Virus record (IMG/VR): IMGVR_UViG_3300047160_010653
Coordinates: 1 to 64,000 of that record
Direction: 5' to 3' (one strand)
Length of the DNA: 64,000 nt
DNA from: a virus
Lineage: Duplodnaviria; Caudoviricetes
The notes beneath the pieces were generated by a model. That model was not told where the DNA came from and made no database searches. It saw only the letters and a list, made by a program, of their open reading frames with translations. How positions within the stretch are numbered: position 1 is the first letter of the stretch; each line of letters begins with the position of its first letter. Shown piece after piece: positions 38,405 to 48,358 of the stretch. A program made the position numbers and the translations under genes.

Positions 38405-40561
38405 TTGCGCTACGCCCCGGAAAATCTGGTTTTCTTTGACTTCGAGACGCGTTCGCCAGTACCGATCAGCCACGGCTCCTACCGCTATGCGGTCGAAGCC
38501 GAGGCGGTTCTGCTGGCGTACGCCATCGGGCTCGGACCCGTGCAACTGGTCGACCGCCGCGGCAGCGCGCTTGCCTACGGCGATCTGCCGGGCGATCTGC
38601 GGGAAGCCTTCGAGGCCGGACAGGTGTTCTGCGCCTGGAACACCGGTTTCGACCGCTGCGTGTGGAATTACGCGCTCACCGATAGCCCGTTCCTGGCCCC
38701 TGGGCAGGTCATAGACGCGCGTGCGACCGCGCTCGCCCATAACCTGCCCGACGACCTCGAAACCGCATCCACGAGGCTGGGAGGCCCGGGAAAGCGCAAG
38801 GACGGCAAAGCTCTGATCGCCCGCTTCTGCGGCAGCAAGGCGGTCACCGCCGATGACGACCCGGAAGCCTGGGAACGGTTCGGCCGCTACGCCAAGCAAG
38901 ACGTCGAGGAGTTGCGACGGGTGTTCCGGCTCATGCTGCCCGCGCTCACCGACTACGACTGGGCCACCTATCAGGCCAACGAAGCCGTCAACGACAACGG
39001 CGCGGCGGTTGACCTGCGGTTCTGCCAGGAGGCGGCGCGGCTCGCCAGGGAAGATACGGTGCGCACCAACGACCGGCTCGCGGTTCTGACCGGCGGCGCC
39101 ATCACATCGATCCACCAGCATCTGCGCATCGCGCAATTCATCCATGACCGGCTGCCGAGCGCCGAAGCCCGGCTGGTCATGTCGACGGTCTACAAGGAAG
39201 AGGCCGACAGCGAGGACGACGAGGATTTGGTCGAGAAGGTCAAGTTGACGATTGCCCGCGGGGTGGTCGAACGGCTCTTGGATATGCTGCGGTCGCAAGG
39301 CTGCGACGACAAGGTGCTGATGGAGGTGCTGGAGCTGCGCGAGTTCGGCGCCTCGGCGGCGCCGAAGAAGTTCAAAGCCATCCTTGAGCAGCACGTTGAT
39401 GGACGATTACACGGGCAATTCGTATTCAATGGCGGCGGTCAAACTGGTAGATTCGCAGGTCGCGGAACGCAGCTCCAGAATCTCACAAGAACAGTCCTGG
39501 GTAAGGATGCCTCCGATGATTACGGATATTGGGAGGATTCGACTGTCGCCCTGATCAGCGACGGCTGCTCGCTGGAGGAGCTGGCGGCGCATGGCAATGG
39601 TGAGGTGCCCGCGCGCAAGCTGGCGCTGACGATCAGACCTGCCTTCATCGCCACCGGCAGCAGAACATTGATCAAGGCCGACTACGCGCAGATCGAGGCA
39701 CGGGTGCTGCCGTGGCTGTCAAAGTCGAAAGGCGGCAATGAACTGCTAGACGCATTCCGGCGCGCCGACGCCGATCCGGCGGAGCCGGACCTCTACATCG
39801 TGACCGCAGCCGGAATGACCGGCAAGAGACCAAAGGAAATCAGCAAAGAGGAGCGTCAACGCGGCAAGGTAGCAACCTTAGCCTGTGGCTTCGGCGGCGG
39901 CAGGAACGCTTTGCATTCGATGGCGGCAAACTACCGGATGCACTTTACCGATGAGCAGGCGCAGACGGTGGTCGATGCGTGGAGGGCAGCCAATCCGTGG
40001 GCACCGGCATTCTGGGGCAAACACAGCCGCGAAGGCAGTTATGGCCTGTTCGGCGCCGCGCGGCAAGCCATCATGCAGCCGGAAACACCAATCACAGTCG
40101 GCCGCGTCACCTTCGTTTACGTGCCGTTGCGCCGCGACGGCATGCTGTTGTGCATCCTGCCGTCGGGGCGGCCGTTGATTTACCCCTCCTGCAAGATGCG
40201 CGACTACGACATCATCGACAAGACAACAAAACGCGTGCTCGATACACGGCACGGGCTGACGTTTCGCCGCGCGCATGGGATCGTTGCGCTGTATGGCGGC
40301 CGGTTTGCAGAAAACATCACCCAGGCGGCTGCCGCAGATTTGCTGCGTGAGGCCATCGTGCGGCTGGTCGATGAAGGCTTCGCAGTCATTTCGCATTCGC
40401 ACGACGAGATTGTGGTCGAATGCGAGCGGCGCGATATCGAGCGGACAATGACGGCCATGAAGGAGGCAATGGTATTCGACAGACCATGGGCGGCAGGTTT
40501 GCCGCTGGCCGTCGATATGACGGAACGCTGGTTCTACTCAGCTAAGAAAGAACCACAATAA
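38405..40561 (+). CDS. polA: DNA polymerase family A with 3'-5' exonuclease domain
   Basis: FDFETRS (ExoI), WNTGFD (ExoII), TGRFAG..QLQNL, ADYAQIEAR (motif A), RQRGKVATLACGFG (motif B), HDEIV (motif C). Confidence 0.95.
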   Translation: MRYAPENLVFFDFETRSPVPISHGSYRYAVEAEAVLLAYAIGLGPVQLVDRRGSALAYGDLPGDLREAFEAGQVFCAWNTGFDRCVWNYALTDSPFLAPGQVIDARATALAHNLPDDLETASTRLGGPGKRKDGKALIARFCGSKAVTADDDPEAWERFGRYAKQDVEELRRVFRLMLPALTDYDWATYQANEAVNDNGAAVDLRFCQEAARLAREDTVRTNDRLAVLTGGAITSIHQHLRIAQFIHDRLPSAEARLVMSTVYKEEADSEDDEDLVEKVKLTIARGVVERLLDMLRSQGCDDKVLMEVLELREFGASAAPKKFKAILEQHVDGRLHGQFVFNGGGQTGRFAGRGTQLQNLTRTVLGKDASDDYGYWEDSTVALISDGCSLEELAAHGNGEVPARKLALTIRPAFIATGSRTLIKADYAQIEARVLPWLSKSKGGNELLDAFRRADADPAEPDLYIVTAAGMTGKRPKEISKEERQRGKVATLACGFGGGRNALHSMAANYRMHFTDEQAQTVVDAWRAANPWAPAFWGKHSREGSYGLFGAARQAIMQPETPITVGRVTFVYVPLRRDGMLLCILPSGRPLIYPSCKMRDYDIIDKTTKRVLDTRHGLTFRRAHGIVALYGGRFAENITQAAAADLLREAIVRLVDEGFAVISHSHDEIVVECERRDIERTMTAMKEAMVFDRPWAAGLPLAVDMTERWFYSAKKEPQ

Positions 40562-40775
40562 CAGTTTACAAACGCAGGAAAAATTTTTCCGTGCGTTTTC
40601 ACCTGTCGTGCTTGATTCACAATCGTCACCGAGCTTAGGCTTGCAATCGCGTCACAATCAAGAGCGCGCTGCAGCATTCGCTAACCCACTACATCAGGTA
40701 GGTCAAACCGCAACGGAGCACAATCCAATGCGGTCGCGGCCTTCTGTAGGCCGCGAATCACCGGGGAGAAGTTCC

Positions 40776-41723
40776 ATGGACAGTGTGCGCCATCTGTTTC
40801 CGCAGTTGCTGAAAAACGGCTACGTTCCGATCCCGAACAGGGACAAGGCGTGTTACCTGCCGAAATGGCCGACAATAGAGGTCGACGAGTATCAATGTCA
40901 GCGCTGGGCGCGGCAGCATAAATGGCCAGCGATAGGATTGCGGGTCGAGCCGCCGCTTCTGGTGCTGGATTACGATATACCTGATATTAATATTTTAGCG
41001 GCACTTGAAGATATTACACCTACCATTGTATTCGACGGTTTGGAACGGCACGGAAACCCACCCAAAACGGCATTTTTCCTGCGGCTGGCTGATGGTGAAG
41101 AAGCGTTCCACGAGGCTCATACGCGCCGCTTCACGTTTACCGGAACACCGAAACCTGCTTTTGCCGTGCAGGCTTTTGCCGGAGGCGGCGGCGGTCAGCA
41201 GTTCGGCGCATTCGGTCCACACTCCCATGATGCGCAAGGGCAGGTGCTGCGGACCTACTCATGGGTCGATGGACGCTCACCGGCCACGGTGCATATCGAC
41301 GAATTGCCGGAGCTGACACGGGCGCAGGTGTTCGCGTTGCTGGATGCAGCCGACAAAGTGCTGGCAAACTGGCCTGGGTTGACCCTTGACCCGAAGTCGA
41401 GACCGCTCGGCGAAGGGCACCAGGAACAAGCTTACGATCTCACCGAAGACATGTTGTTCCGCGATGTCGAAGGCGTGGAATACACCTATGCGGAGCTGAC
41501 CGAAGAGGCCAAGGCGCGCAAGGAGCTGGGGCAACCGGTGATGCGGGTCACTGGCTCGTTCACCAGCGATCCGGTGTCATCAGGGTCACCGCGGGCCAAA
41601 GTGTACTGGGGCCACAACGGAATTTCGATTCACGATTTCAAAACCGGCATCACGCATCGGCCACTGCTCAACATGCATGACCCGGAGGTACAGCGAATAA
41701 TCAATAAGTATATCATTGACTAG
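40776..41723 (+). CDS. Bifunctional primase-polymerase (AEP/prim-pol) protein
   Basis: GGGGAG RBS; NGYVPIP...K.C.LP.W...IGLR....VLDYD; directly upstream of the D5 helicase. Confidence 0.75.
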   Translation: MDSVRHLFPQLLKNGYVPIPNRDKACYLPKWPTIEVDEYQCQRWARQHKWPAIGLRVEPPLLVLDYDIPDINILAALEDITPTIVFDGLERHGNPPKTAFFLRLADGEEAFHEAHTRRFTFTGTPKPAFAVQAFAGGGGGQQFGAFGPHSHDAQGQVLRTYSWVDGRSPATVHIDELPELTRAQVFALLDAADKVLANWPGLTLDPKSRPLGEGHQEQAYDLTEDMLFRDVEGVEYTYAELTEEAKARKELGQPVMRVTGSFTSDPVSSGSPRAKVYWGHNGISIHDFKTGITHRPLLNMHDPEVQRIINKYIID

Positions 41724-41734
41724 AGAAACGCGCC

Positions 41735-43132
41735 ATGAAAACCAGCGCCAACAAGCTGCATGCGTGGCTGCGCAGACATCAACAGGTTTCCGAGGCATCG
41801 CTGGCAGCGACAATCGCCGAGCACGCAGGCGACAAATGGAAATACGATACCGACAATCAGGTATGGCTGCGGTGGGTCGACACCCACTGGGCGAGACGGC
41901 AGACGCCGGAAATGCTCGATAAGACAAGGCTCTTCGCAATAGAGTTCACCGGCGCATTGAAGAAAAACGAAATCATCACCAATGCCGAAGCCGTCAAGTT
42001 TCAAACCCAGCGGGCAATCGGGGCAATCGAACGCATCTGCCGCTCGCTGCCGTCATTCCTGGCGCGCACAGCGCTATTCGACGCCGACCCGCATGCACTC
42101 GGCACACCGGCAGGCACGATTGATTTGCGCAACGGTGAGATAAGGGCGGCCGACCCAGGGGACCATATCACGATACTGGCGACCGTCGTGCCCGCGCCGC
42201 CGGGCACGCCGTGCCCGCGCTGGCAGGCTTTTCTCGACGAGGTCACCGGCGGCGACCGCGACCTGCAGCGCACCCTGCAGCAGTGGGCCGGGATATCGGC
42301 GTCCGGGACCACGCGTGACCAGCGGCTGATGTTCATCTACGGGCCCGGCCGCAACGGCAAGGGCGTGTTCATACGCACCATTGCCGGGCTGCTCGGGGAG
42401 CATGCCGTCAACGCGCCGCGGGATTTGTTCATGGCCCACGCCGCGGGGGCACAGCACCCAACCGCGCTGGTCGACGTGGTGGCCGCCCGCATGGTGATGG
42501 CCACCGAGATACCGGAGGGCGCGACATGGGATGCGGCGCTGATCAAGGACATCACCGGCGGCGACCTCATGCCGGTCCGGCGCATGCGGCAGGATTTCTA
42601 CCGGGCCGCCCCGCGCTGCACGGTGACGATCTCGGGCAACGCCAAGCCGGAACTGAAGACGGTTGACGAGGCCGTGCGCGGCCGGTTCCTGGTGGTGACG
42701 TTCCCGGTGGTCATTCCGGCCGAGCGGCGGGTGGCCGATCTCGACAAGGTGCTCATCGAGGAGGAGGGGCCAGCGATCCTGCGGTGGGTCATCGACGGCG
42801 CTGTCGACCGCGAGCGCTCGGGGCGTCTCCACGTGGCCAAAACCATCATCACCGACACCGAAGACTACTTCGCCGAGGAGAACATTCTGGAGGACTTCAT
42901 CACCACCTATTTCGAGCGGGCGGATGACGCGGTCGACGAATACAACCGAAATTTCTGGGTCCAAACCAGCGATGCTTTTGTGCTCTGGAGGGGCTTTTGT
43001 GGCCAGTTTGGGCGGGTCCCGGGAGCCAGAAACCCGTTCACAACGGCAATGAAAAATGCACGCATAGGTTACAAGAGAACCGAGGACGGACGCTATTTCA
43101 CAAGGATTCGCCGCAAGTTAGACAAGTATTGA
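41735..43132 (+). CDS. D5/P4-type primase-associated SF3 helicase
   Basis: D5-N (LGTPAGTIDLRNG...DP.D.IT), WQAFLDEV, GPGRNGKG (Walker A), IKDITGGD...RRM.QDF. Confidence 0.92.
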   Translation: MKTSANKLHAWLRRHQQVSEASLAATIAEHAGDKWKYDTDNQVWLRWVDTHWARRQTPEMLDKTRLFAIEFTGALKKNEIITNAEAVKFQTQRAIGAIERICRSLPSFLARTALFDADPHALGTPAGTIDLRNGEIRAADPGDHITILATVVPAPPGTPCPRWQAFLDEVTGGDRDLQRTLQQWAGISASGTTRDQRLMFIYGPGRNGKGVFIRTIAGLLGEHAVNAPRDLFMAHAAGAQHPTALVDVVAARMVMATEIPEGATWDAALIKDITGGDLMPVRRMRQDFYRAAPRCTVTISGNAKPELKTVDEAVRGRFLVVTFPVVIPAERRVADLDKVLIEEEGPAILRWVIDGAVDRERSGRLHVAKTIITDTEDYFAEENILEDFITTYFERADDAVDEYNRNFWVQTSDAFVLWRGFCGQFGRVPGARNPFTTAMKNARIGYKRTEDGRYFTRIRRKLDKY

Positions 43133-43135
43133 GAA

Positions 43136-43253
43136 CCATGACACAGAATGACGCAATGTCGCAAATGACGCAGTTTCCCTTCTTATGATGTTCATGCGCG
43201 CATTACCGTCATAAGAAGGGAAAGTGCGTCATGTGCGTCATGCTGTGTCATGG
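43136..43253. promoter_or_regulatory. Long inverted repeat with ATGACRCA iterons, candidate replication origin
   Basis: ccatgacacag aatgacgca atgtcgca aatgacgca gtttcccttcttatga ... tcataagaagggaaag tgcgtcatg tgcgtcatg ctgtgtcatgg, directly after the helicase stop. Confidence 0.6.
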
Positions 43254-43345
43254 GTAAAATTGTACCGACCGGGCCAGAAACGGCCCGGCCAGGAATGGCC
43301 CGGCGTGTAGAGGTTCAACGGCTCAACCAGACCCCGCCCGGCATT

Positions 43346-43906
43346 TCAGCGATCACGATGGAGCCAGTGGAGCGCTGGGGAGCCTTTGTGGAGGGGGTCC
43401 AGGATCAGCCAGCAGAAGTCCTGGGTGCCTCCGCTAGCCTTCCCACCGGCCTTTAGAAAGCTTCCTGGGGGCATGCTGGGGCGCGGGGTGAGCAGGTAGA
43501 CCTTGGCGAGCGGGAGCGCTCGCAGCCAATGCGCGGCGTTGAGGCGGCGTACGAGGCAGATGGCGGCAACTTTGCGGGCGCCGCGGTCGAGGGAGAGCCG
43601 GACGAAGTCCTCGACGTGATCGAATGGCGGGTTGGTGACGACGCTGCCGTGGATCGGTTGGGTCCAGGTCAGGAAATCACGCTTCCAGAACGCGAAGCGT
43701 GAGGTGCGACGATCCTCGATGTCGGCACCGAGGGATCGGTAGCCCGCCTTGCGGGCTTCCTGGACGATGGTGCCAAAGCCGCAAGCGGGATCGAGGATCG
43801 GTTCGGGGAAGCGCTCGACCTCGAACAGGCGCTGGGAGCACCAGGACGGCTCTACGTAAAATCCGTCTTTGTTTTTCGGCCAGATATGGGAATCGCGGGG
43901 CTTCAT
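43346..43906 (-). CDS. Small amino-DNA methyltransferase (NPPF)
   Basis: FYVEP...ILDPACG.G (SAM binding), VVTNPPF. Confidence 0.8.
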   Translation of the reverse strand: MKPRDSHIWPKNKDGFYVEPSWCSQRLFEVERFPEPILDPACGFGTIVQEARKAGYRSLGADIEDRRTSRFAFWKRDFLTWTQPIHGSVVTNPPFDHVEDFVRLSLDRGARKVAAICLVRRLNAAHWLRALPLAKVYLLTPRPSMPPGSFLKAGGKASGGTQDFCWLILDPLHKGSPALHWLHRDR

Positions 43907-44145
43907 GCTTTTTGTTTTTTCCTGGCTTCTTCGATTCGTTTGGCGAGCCCGGGGTAGCGTTGGCGCATGAGCCGAAGAATGTCAGGAGAGATTGTGTTGG
44001 TGAAACGTTCCCAATGAGCGCAGCGCACATGCTCGCGTAGATAGTTATCACTCCATTTCCAGTTTTCGTTTTCTACGTGTCTAAGGAGGAAGAGTGCGGC
44101 TTGGCGAAACTCCTCGATCAGTTTGCTTTTGTAATCTTCGTCCAT
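43903..44145 (-). CDS. Hypothetical protein
   Basis: ATGA overlap; W.WSDNYLREH. Confidence 0.55.
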   Translation of the reverse strand: MDEDYKSKLIEEFRQAALFLLRHVENENWKWSDNYLREHVRCAHWERFTNTISPDILRLMRQRYPGLAKRIEEARKKQKA

Positions 44146-44151
44146 GGTTGG

Positions 44152-45273
44152 TTACTTTATGCTAACCTTGGTCTTGCCTGCAGCTCGTGCCTTGGCGGCG
44201 GCCGAGCGCTCGGCTTTGAACTTGGCGGCCTGCTCTTGCAGATCGGCAAATGTTTTTGGCAATGGCTGGAATCCTGACGGGCTGTCTTTCTCTGACAACA
44301 AGAGCTTTTCGAGATCGTTGAAGATGGTGAAAGCTTCATCGTAGCGACGTTTGAGCGCAGGGTCCTGGACGTGATCGGAATGCAGACACCAGCGGATTTT
44401 GTTGTAGGTCGTTTTGTCCATGACGCCTTTGCGCGCGGTTATCAGGCGTTCTAGACGTTCCAGCTTTTTGAGGTAGTGTGGAAGACCGACCGATTCGAGA
44501 TATTGATGGCATTCGGCTTGAACGCGTTGTTCGTACTCGGCGTCGAGTTTGCGTGTGTGCTGGCGGATTGCTGTATCAAGTTTCTCTTGCGCGGTCATGG
44601 AGAGAAGCTTGGCATCGATTTCGGGTTGGGCGTCGCGACGAGCTTTGTCTTTGGCTTCGGCGATCTTGATCGGTTGTACTGAATCGAGGTTGAGTTCTTT
44701 ACGGACCTCTTCCTGTGTCTTGCCTTGTTGGCGCAGTGTGAGGATTTGAATTTCGGTTTCTTCAGTGGTTTTGCTGGGGCGATTGCCTTTGCGGCGGCCC
44801 GAGCCTCTGGGATTGGTCGGAGTTTTTGGTTGCTTTTTTGATTTGGCGGAATCCGCCAAATCAAGAAGATCGTCTCTGATCGTCTCTCGACTTACATTCA
44901 TAGCATCAGCGATGGCTTGTTGAGTCCAGTTGTCTTGCTCGTAGAGCTGCACGGCAATGCGCTTGCGGTCGTGCTTGGTTAGGTCTTTGCCTCCAGTGTT
45001 GGAAGCAATGGCGAACTGCAAACGTTTGGTGTCGGCGTCTTGACCTTTACCGAATTTAACTTTGTGGATGATCGGTTTGATTTTGAGTTCTTCGGCAATT
45101 TTCATGCGGCGGTGGCCTACAATGACCACATCATTTTCGTCGATGAAGGCGGGCAGGTGCTCGATCCAGCCGCTGTGCTTCATTGACTCGCGTAATTCGC
45201 TATCGTCCTTTGGGAGTTTGCGGATGTTCTCGGCGAACCTGCCGTCTTTTGGGTCGAATAATCCTGCGTTCAT
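44152..45273 (-). CDS. ParB/Srx-like N-terminal domain protein with HTH motifs
   Basis: LRESMKHSGW...IDENDVVIVGHRRMKIAEEL; WTQQAIADAMNVSRETI. Confidence 0.8.
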   Translation of the reverse strand: MNAGLFDPKDGRFAENIRKLPKDDSELRESMKHSGWIEHLPAFIDENDVVIVGHRRMKIAEELKIKPIIHKVKFGKGQDADTKRLQFAIASNTGGKDLTKHDRKRIAVQLYEQDNWTQQAIADAMNVSRETIRDDLLDLADSAKSKKQPKTPTNPRGSGRRKGNRPSKTTEETEIQILTLRQQGKTQEEVRKELNLDSVQPIKIAEAKDKARRDAQPEIDAKLLSMTAQEKLDTAIRQHTRKLDAEYEQRVQAECHQYLESVGLPHYLKKLERLERLITARKGVMDKTTYNKIRWCLHSDHVQDPALKRRYDEAFTIFNDLEKLLLSEKDSPSGFQPLPKTFADLQEQAAKFKAERSAAAKARAAGKTKVSIK

Positions 45274-45315
45274 TCTGGTCTCCTATTGATTACGGGGGCC
45301 GTAGCCCCCGTAGTT

Positions 45316-45834
45316 TTACTCTTCGGTTTCTTGCTGCTCGTTCTGTGCAGGTTCTGCCTCGGCGGTTTTCTTGGGTTTCTTATAGCTGGGGTCGTTGGTC
45401 GGCGTGTCCGGTTCCCGTTCACGCTGAGCGATGCTGTTATGGTGCCGCCATAACACTCTCTTGAAGGCAGTGCGGATGGCTTTGAGGTTATGCTTGGCTA
45501 CGATTGCGATCTTGTGTTCGATGGCATAATCGCGGATCATTTCGGCCGCTTTGACGTAGTCGATGTCGATGTCACCTTCGACCGCTTCCTCGTCATTCAT
45601 GGGGTCTACATATTTGATGAACTCGGGGTTCTCCCACAGTTCACCGACGATGGGTTCGATGTAGTCGACCAGGATGAGACGACGCTTGAGGATGCGAGAG
45701 GCATGCCAGCCTTCGCGTGTTTTTGGGAGTGCTTGGAATTTTGTAACAGCCATGCCGTTCTCCTTTAGGGCACGAGATCGCCGCTGTCGTTCAGCGCCGG
45801 TCATTGGACGGTTGAAGATGGAATGTCGGCCCAT
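45316..45834 (-). CDS. Hypothetical DNA-binding-like protein
   Basis: MGRHSI..RPMTGAERQRR.R N-terminus. Confidence 0.55.
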   Translation of the reverse strand: MGRHSIFNRPMTGAERQRRSRALKENGMAVTKFQALPKTREGWHASRILKRRLILVDYIEPIVGELWENPEFIKYVDPMNDEEAVEGDIDIDYVKAAEMIRDYAIEHKIAIVAKHNLKAIRTAFKRVLWRHHNSIAQREREPDTPTNDPSYKKPKKTAEAEPAQNEQQETEE

Positions 45835-45842
45835 GGGGGAGA

Positions 45843-45884
45843 TGTAACAGAATTTTGTTGTGTGATAAGAAAAATTTTGTTACA
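45843..45884. promoter_or_regulatory. AT-rich inverted repeat at a divergent promoter junction
   Basis: TGTAACAGAATTTT ... AAAATTTTGTTACA between starts 45834 (-) and 45893 (+). Confidence 0.55.
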
Positions 45885-45892
45885 GGGAAGGA

Positions 45893-46651
45893 ATGAACAC
45901 AACCGAAGATTTGTTGAACTTCGTGGGCGGGCGCAGGTTTGCGACTGTGCTTGCCGATCCACCGTGGCAATTCGAGAACCGAAGTGGAAAGGTTGCGCCA
46001 GAGCACAAGCGTTTGGCGCGCTACAAGACGTTGCCGTTGGAAGAGATTTGTGCTTTGCCGGTGAAGAGTTTTGTACTGCCCACTGCGCATCTGTGGTTGT
46101 GGGTGCCGAATGCGTTGTTGATCTCGCATGGAGCGCGGGTGATGGAGGCATGGGGGTTTGAGTACAAGACCAACATTGTCTGGCACAAGATCAGGAAGGA
46201 TGGTGGATCGGATGGCAGGGGCGTTGGATTTTATCTTCGTAATGTGACTGAGCTTTTGCTGTTGGGGGTCAGAGGGAAGGGGGCGCGGACATTGGAGCTG
46301 GGGCGCAGGCAAGTTAATTACATCGGGACGATGAAGCGTGAGCATTCACGTAAGCCTGATGAGCAGTATCCGATTATCGAGGGATGTTCACCAGGGCCGT
46401 TTATCGAGTTGTTTGTCAGGGAGGCTTGGTGGGAGGCTTCATGGGGCGATGAAGTGGTGCCGCCTTCTTCGGGGAGTGGAATAATTAAACCTAAACGGTC
46501 TCGTTCGTGGGCAATGCATAAATGGGGAAGTGCGCGAGATGATGGAACCCTGGCTGTTGCAGGAAGTGGTTTCGCCTGGAAGAGCGCATCCGACCGATCG
46601 ATGGAGGGCGCAGGAATTGCCGCGTGGTGCCGCTGCGCTCACGGCTCCTAA
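45893..46651 (+). CDS. MT-A70-family adenine methyltransferase
   Basis: VLADPPW, HLWLWV.NA, WGFEYKTNIVW.K, YLRNVTELLL.G.RG, REHSRKPDE, IELF. Confidence 0.92.
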   Translation: MNTTEDLLNFVGGRRFATVLADPPWQFENRSGKVAPEHKRLARYKTLPLEEICALPVKSFVLPTAHLWLWVPNALLISHGARVMEAWGFEYKTNIVWHKIRKDGGSDGRGVGFYLRNVTELLLLGVRGKGARTLELGRRQVNYIGTMKREHSRKPDEQYPIIEGCSPGPFIELFVREAWWEASWGDEVVPPSSGSGIIKPKRSRSWAMHKWGSARDDGTLAVAGSGFAWKSASDRSMEGAGIAAWCRCAHGS

Positions 46652-46731
46652 AAGGGCGTGGTGGAGGCTAGACAGGGGGGATGGAATGCTGTAAGGGGGA
46701 AGGCTCCTGCCGATTCGCGGGAGGGAGATGC

Positions 46732-47247
46732 ATGGAATGGCTGGTCTGTAGGACCAATCCTATTCTCGAAAACCGGGTTCAGCGCCAGATGTCACGCGCT
46801 GGGCATACGACGTTTTCGCCCTCCTATGTCGAGGCCAACAGCGGCCGTTTGCGCCGCTTTTTTCCGTCATATCTGTTCGTGCACTCACCGACGCGCTGGT
46901 ATCACCTGCTGCGCATGGATGGGGTGATCGGGGTGCTGGCTGGCCGGACCTCGCGGGTGCCGTTCCGTTCGCAGGCTCTTGATGCGGCGGTTGAGGGGAT
47001 GATCGAGAAGGGGGATTGCCTGGGGCATGCGCCAGCGCCGCCGCGGGTGCTCAAGAGCCGGTTTCGGCGTGGCGATCGGGTGCGGATTTGTTCGGGGGTG
47101 ATGCGGGATTGTTACGGGCAGTTCGAGGAATTTCGTGGCGGGCGGTCGTGTATTTCATTGGACGGAATGGGTGCGACCGTGACAGTGTCGGATTCTGATC
47201 TCGCTCTCCTGGAAGAGCGGCACAACACGAGCCCCTATAAAAACTAA
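46732..47247 (+). CDS. NusG/RfaH-like antitermination factor (NGN + KOW)
   Basis: W.V..T.P..E.RV...FFPSYLFV...GV.G.L (NGN); F.RGDRVRI.SG.M....G.F (KOW); GGAGGG RBS. Confidence 0.85.
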   Translation: MEWLVCRTNPILENRVQRQMSRAGHTTFSPSYVEANSGRLRRFFPSYLFVHSPTRWYHLLRMDGVIGVLAGRTSRVPFRSQALDAAVEGMIEKGDCLGHAPAPPRVLKSRFRRGDRVRICSGVMRDCYGQFEEFRGGRSCISLDGMGATVTVSDSDLALLEERHNTSPYKN

Positions 47248-47298
47248 GAACTAATGGGCAGTGGCTGTGCGTGGCCCGGTTCGAGGGAAGTGCGCAGC

Positions 47299-47571
47299 AT
47301 GAAACCACGCGGCGAGCAGCTCGGGCCGAAGACGCGGCATGTGTTGAACTATCAGTTCATACCGATCTCGGCTGTGAATGTGCTGACGATGATCCGGCGT
47401 CGCGGGCTCGATCCGATCAAGGACGATGCATGGGTGGCGCGAGATTTGAAAGCGAGAGTGCAGCAGGTGACGCGGGTGTCGTTCGCGCACTGTGAAAAGC
47501 TGGTACATGCGGGCGGGAAAGCAGAAGCAAGAAAAACAAAACGAGTGGACGCGACGGTTTCGGGAAAGTGA
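47299..47571 (+). CDS. Hypothetical protein
   Basis: GAGGG RBS; ORF track. Confidence 0.45.
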   Translation: MKPRGEQLGPKTRHVLNYQFIPISAVNVLTMIRRRGLDPIKDDAWVARDLKARVQQVTRVSFAHCEKLVHAGGKAEARKTKRVDATVSGK

Positions 47572-47701
47572 CTGGCGCAAGCTGCCTTTGAAGCTGCGGC
47601 TCAGGTGGTGGGACGAGACCAATTATTCGAAGAAGCCTCCTCCGCCTGCTCTGTTGGCGGCGGTAGAGCAGGCAATGCTTGAAAACGACGTAAGATGATG
47701 C

Positions 47702-48112
47702 ATGGCACCGCGTGTTGGACAACCGCATTCAGGATCGTTTAAGAAGGGGCATGTGAAGCCTCCTGGTGCTGGTCGTGCGCCCGGGCAAGCCAATCACCGG
47801 ACTCTTGAATGCAAAACGATATTCGAAGCAGCTACCAAGATGATGGGTGGCGCCAAGGGTTTGATGGAATGGGCGCAGCGCAATAACGAGAATGAAACCA
47901 TTTTCTGGTCGATTATGTTCATGAAATTGATACCGGTGCAGGTGCAGGGGGAGATACAGACGACGAATGAGCTGGTGGTGTCTGTCACCAAGGATGATTT
48001 GGCGAAGAAGCTCGAAGAGCACGGACTGCCGCCGTTGATGTATGAGCGCGATGTGCCGCTGCTCGAAGGTGAGGTTGTTGATGACCAAAAGTCCTGCAAA
48101 CAAAGTGGATGA
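47702..48112 (+). CDS. terS: Terminase small subunit
   Basis: FKKG...PGAGR.PG..N...GG..GL..WA......FW.....KL.P; upstream of TerL. Confidence 0.75.
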   Translation: MAPRVGQPHSGSFKKGHVKPPGAGRAPGQANHRTLECKTIFEAATKMMGGAKGLMEWAQRNNENETIFWSIMFMKLIPVQVQGEIQTTNELVVSVTKDDLAKKLEEHGLPPLMYERDVPLLEGEVVDDQKSCKQSG

Positions 48113-48358
48113 TGATTCTGATTGGGTTCATGATGACGCAATCAAGAACTATGAGTTTTGGATTTCTTGGAAGCGATCTCAGTTGATGTGTGAGCGCGAC
48201 GCCGAGGGTGTGAAGAATGAAGCCGGGTATCGGATCAATCGCTGAGCGGATGATCGAAGCGCTCAATTGCGGTGATATTAAAGAGTTTGAACGACTCAAG
48301 GACGGTTCACCGCCGCCGAAAGACGAGCCGCGGCAATTGACTTCGTGCGTGTTTCATT

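Noticed and set aside
38138-39394. Long antisense ORFs (also 25831-26640, 30874-31782, 36374-37336, 42074-42964, 59268-60152)
   Set aside because: Shadow ORFs of high-GC3 genes on the opposite strand; no motifs or RBS
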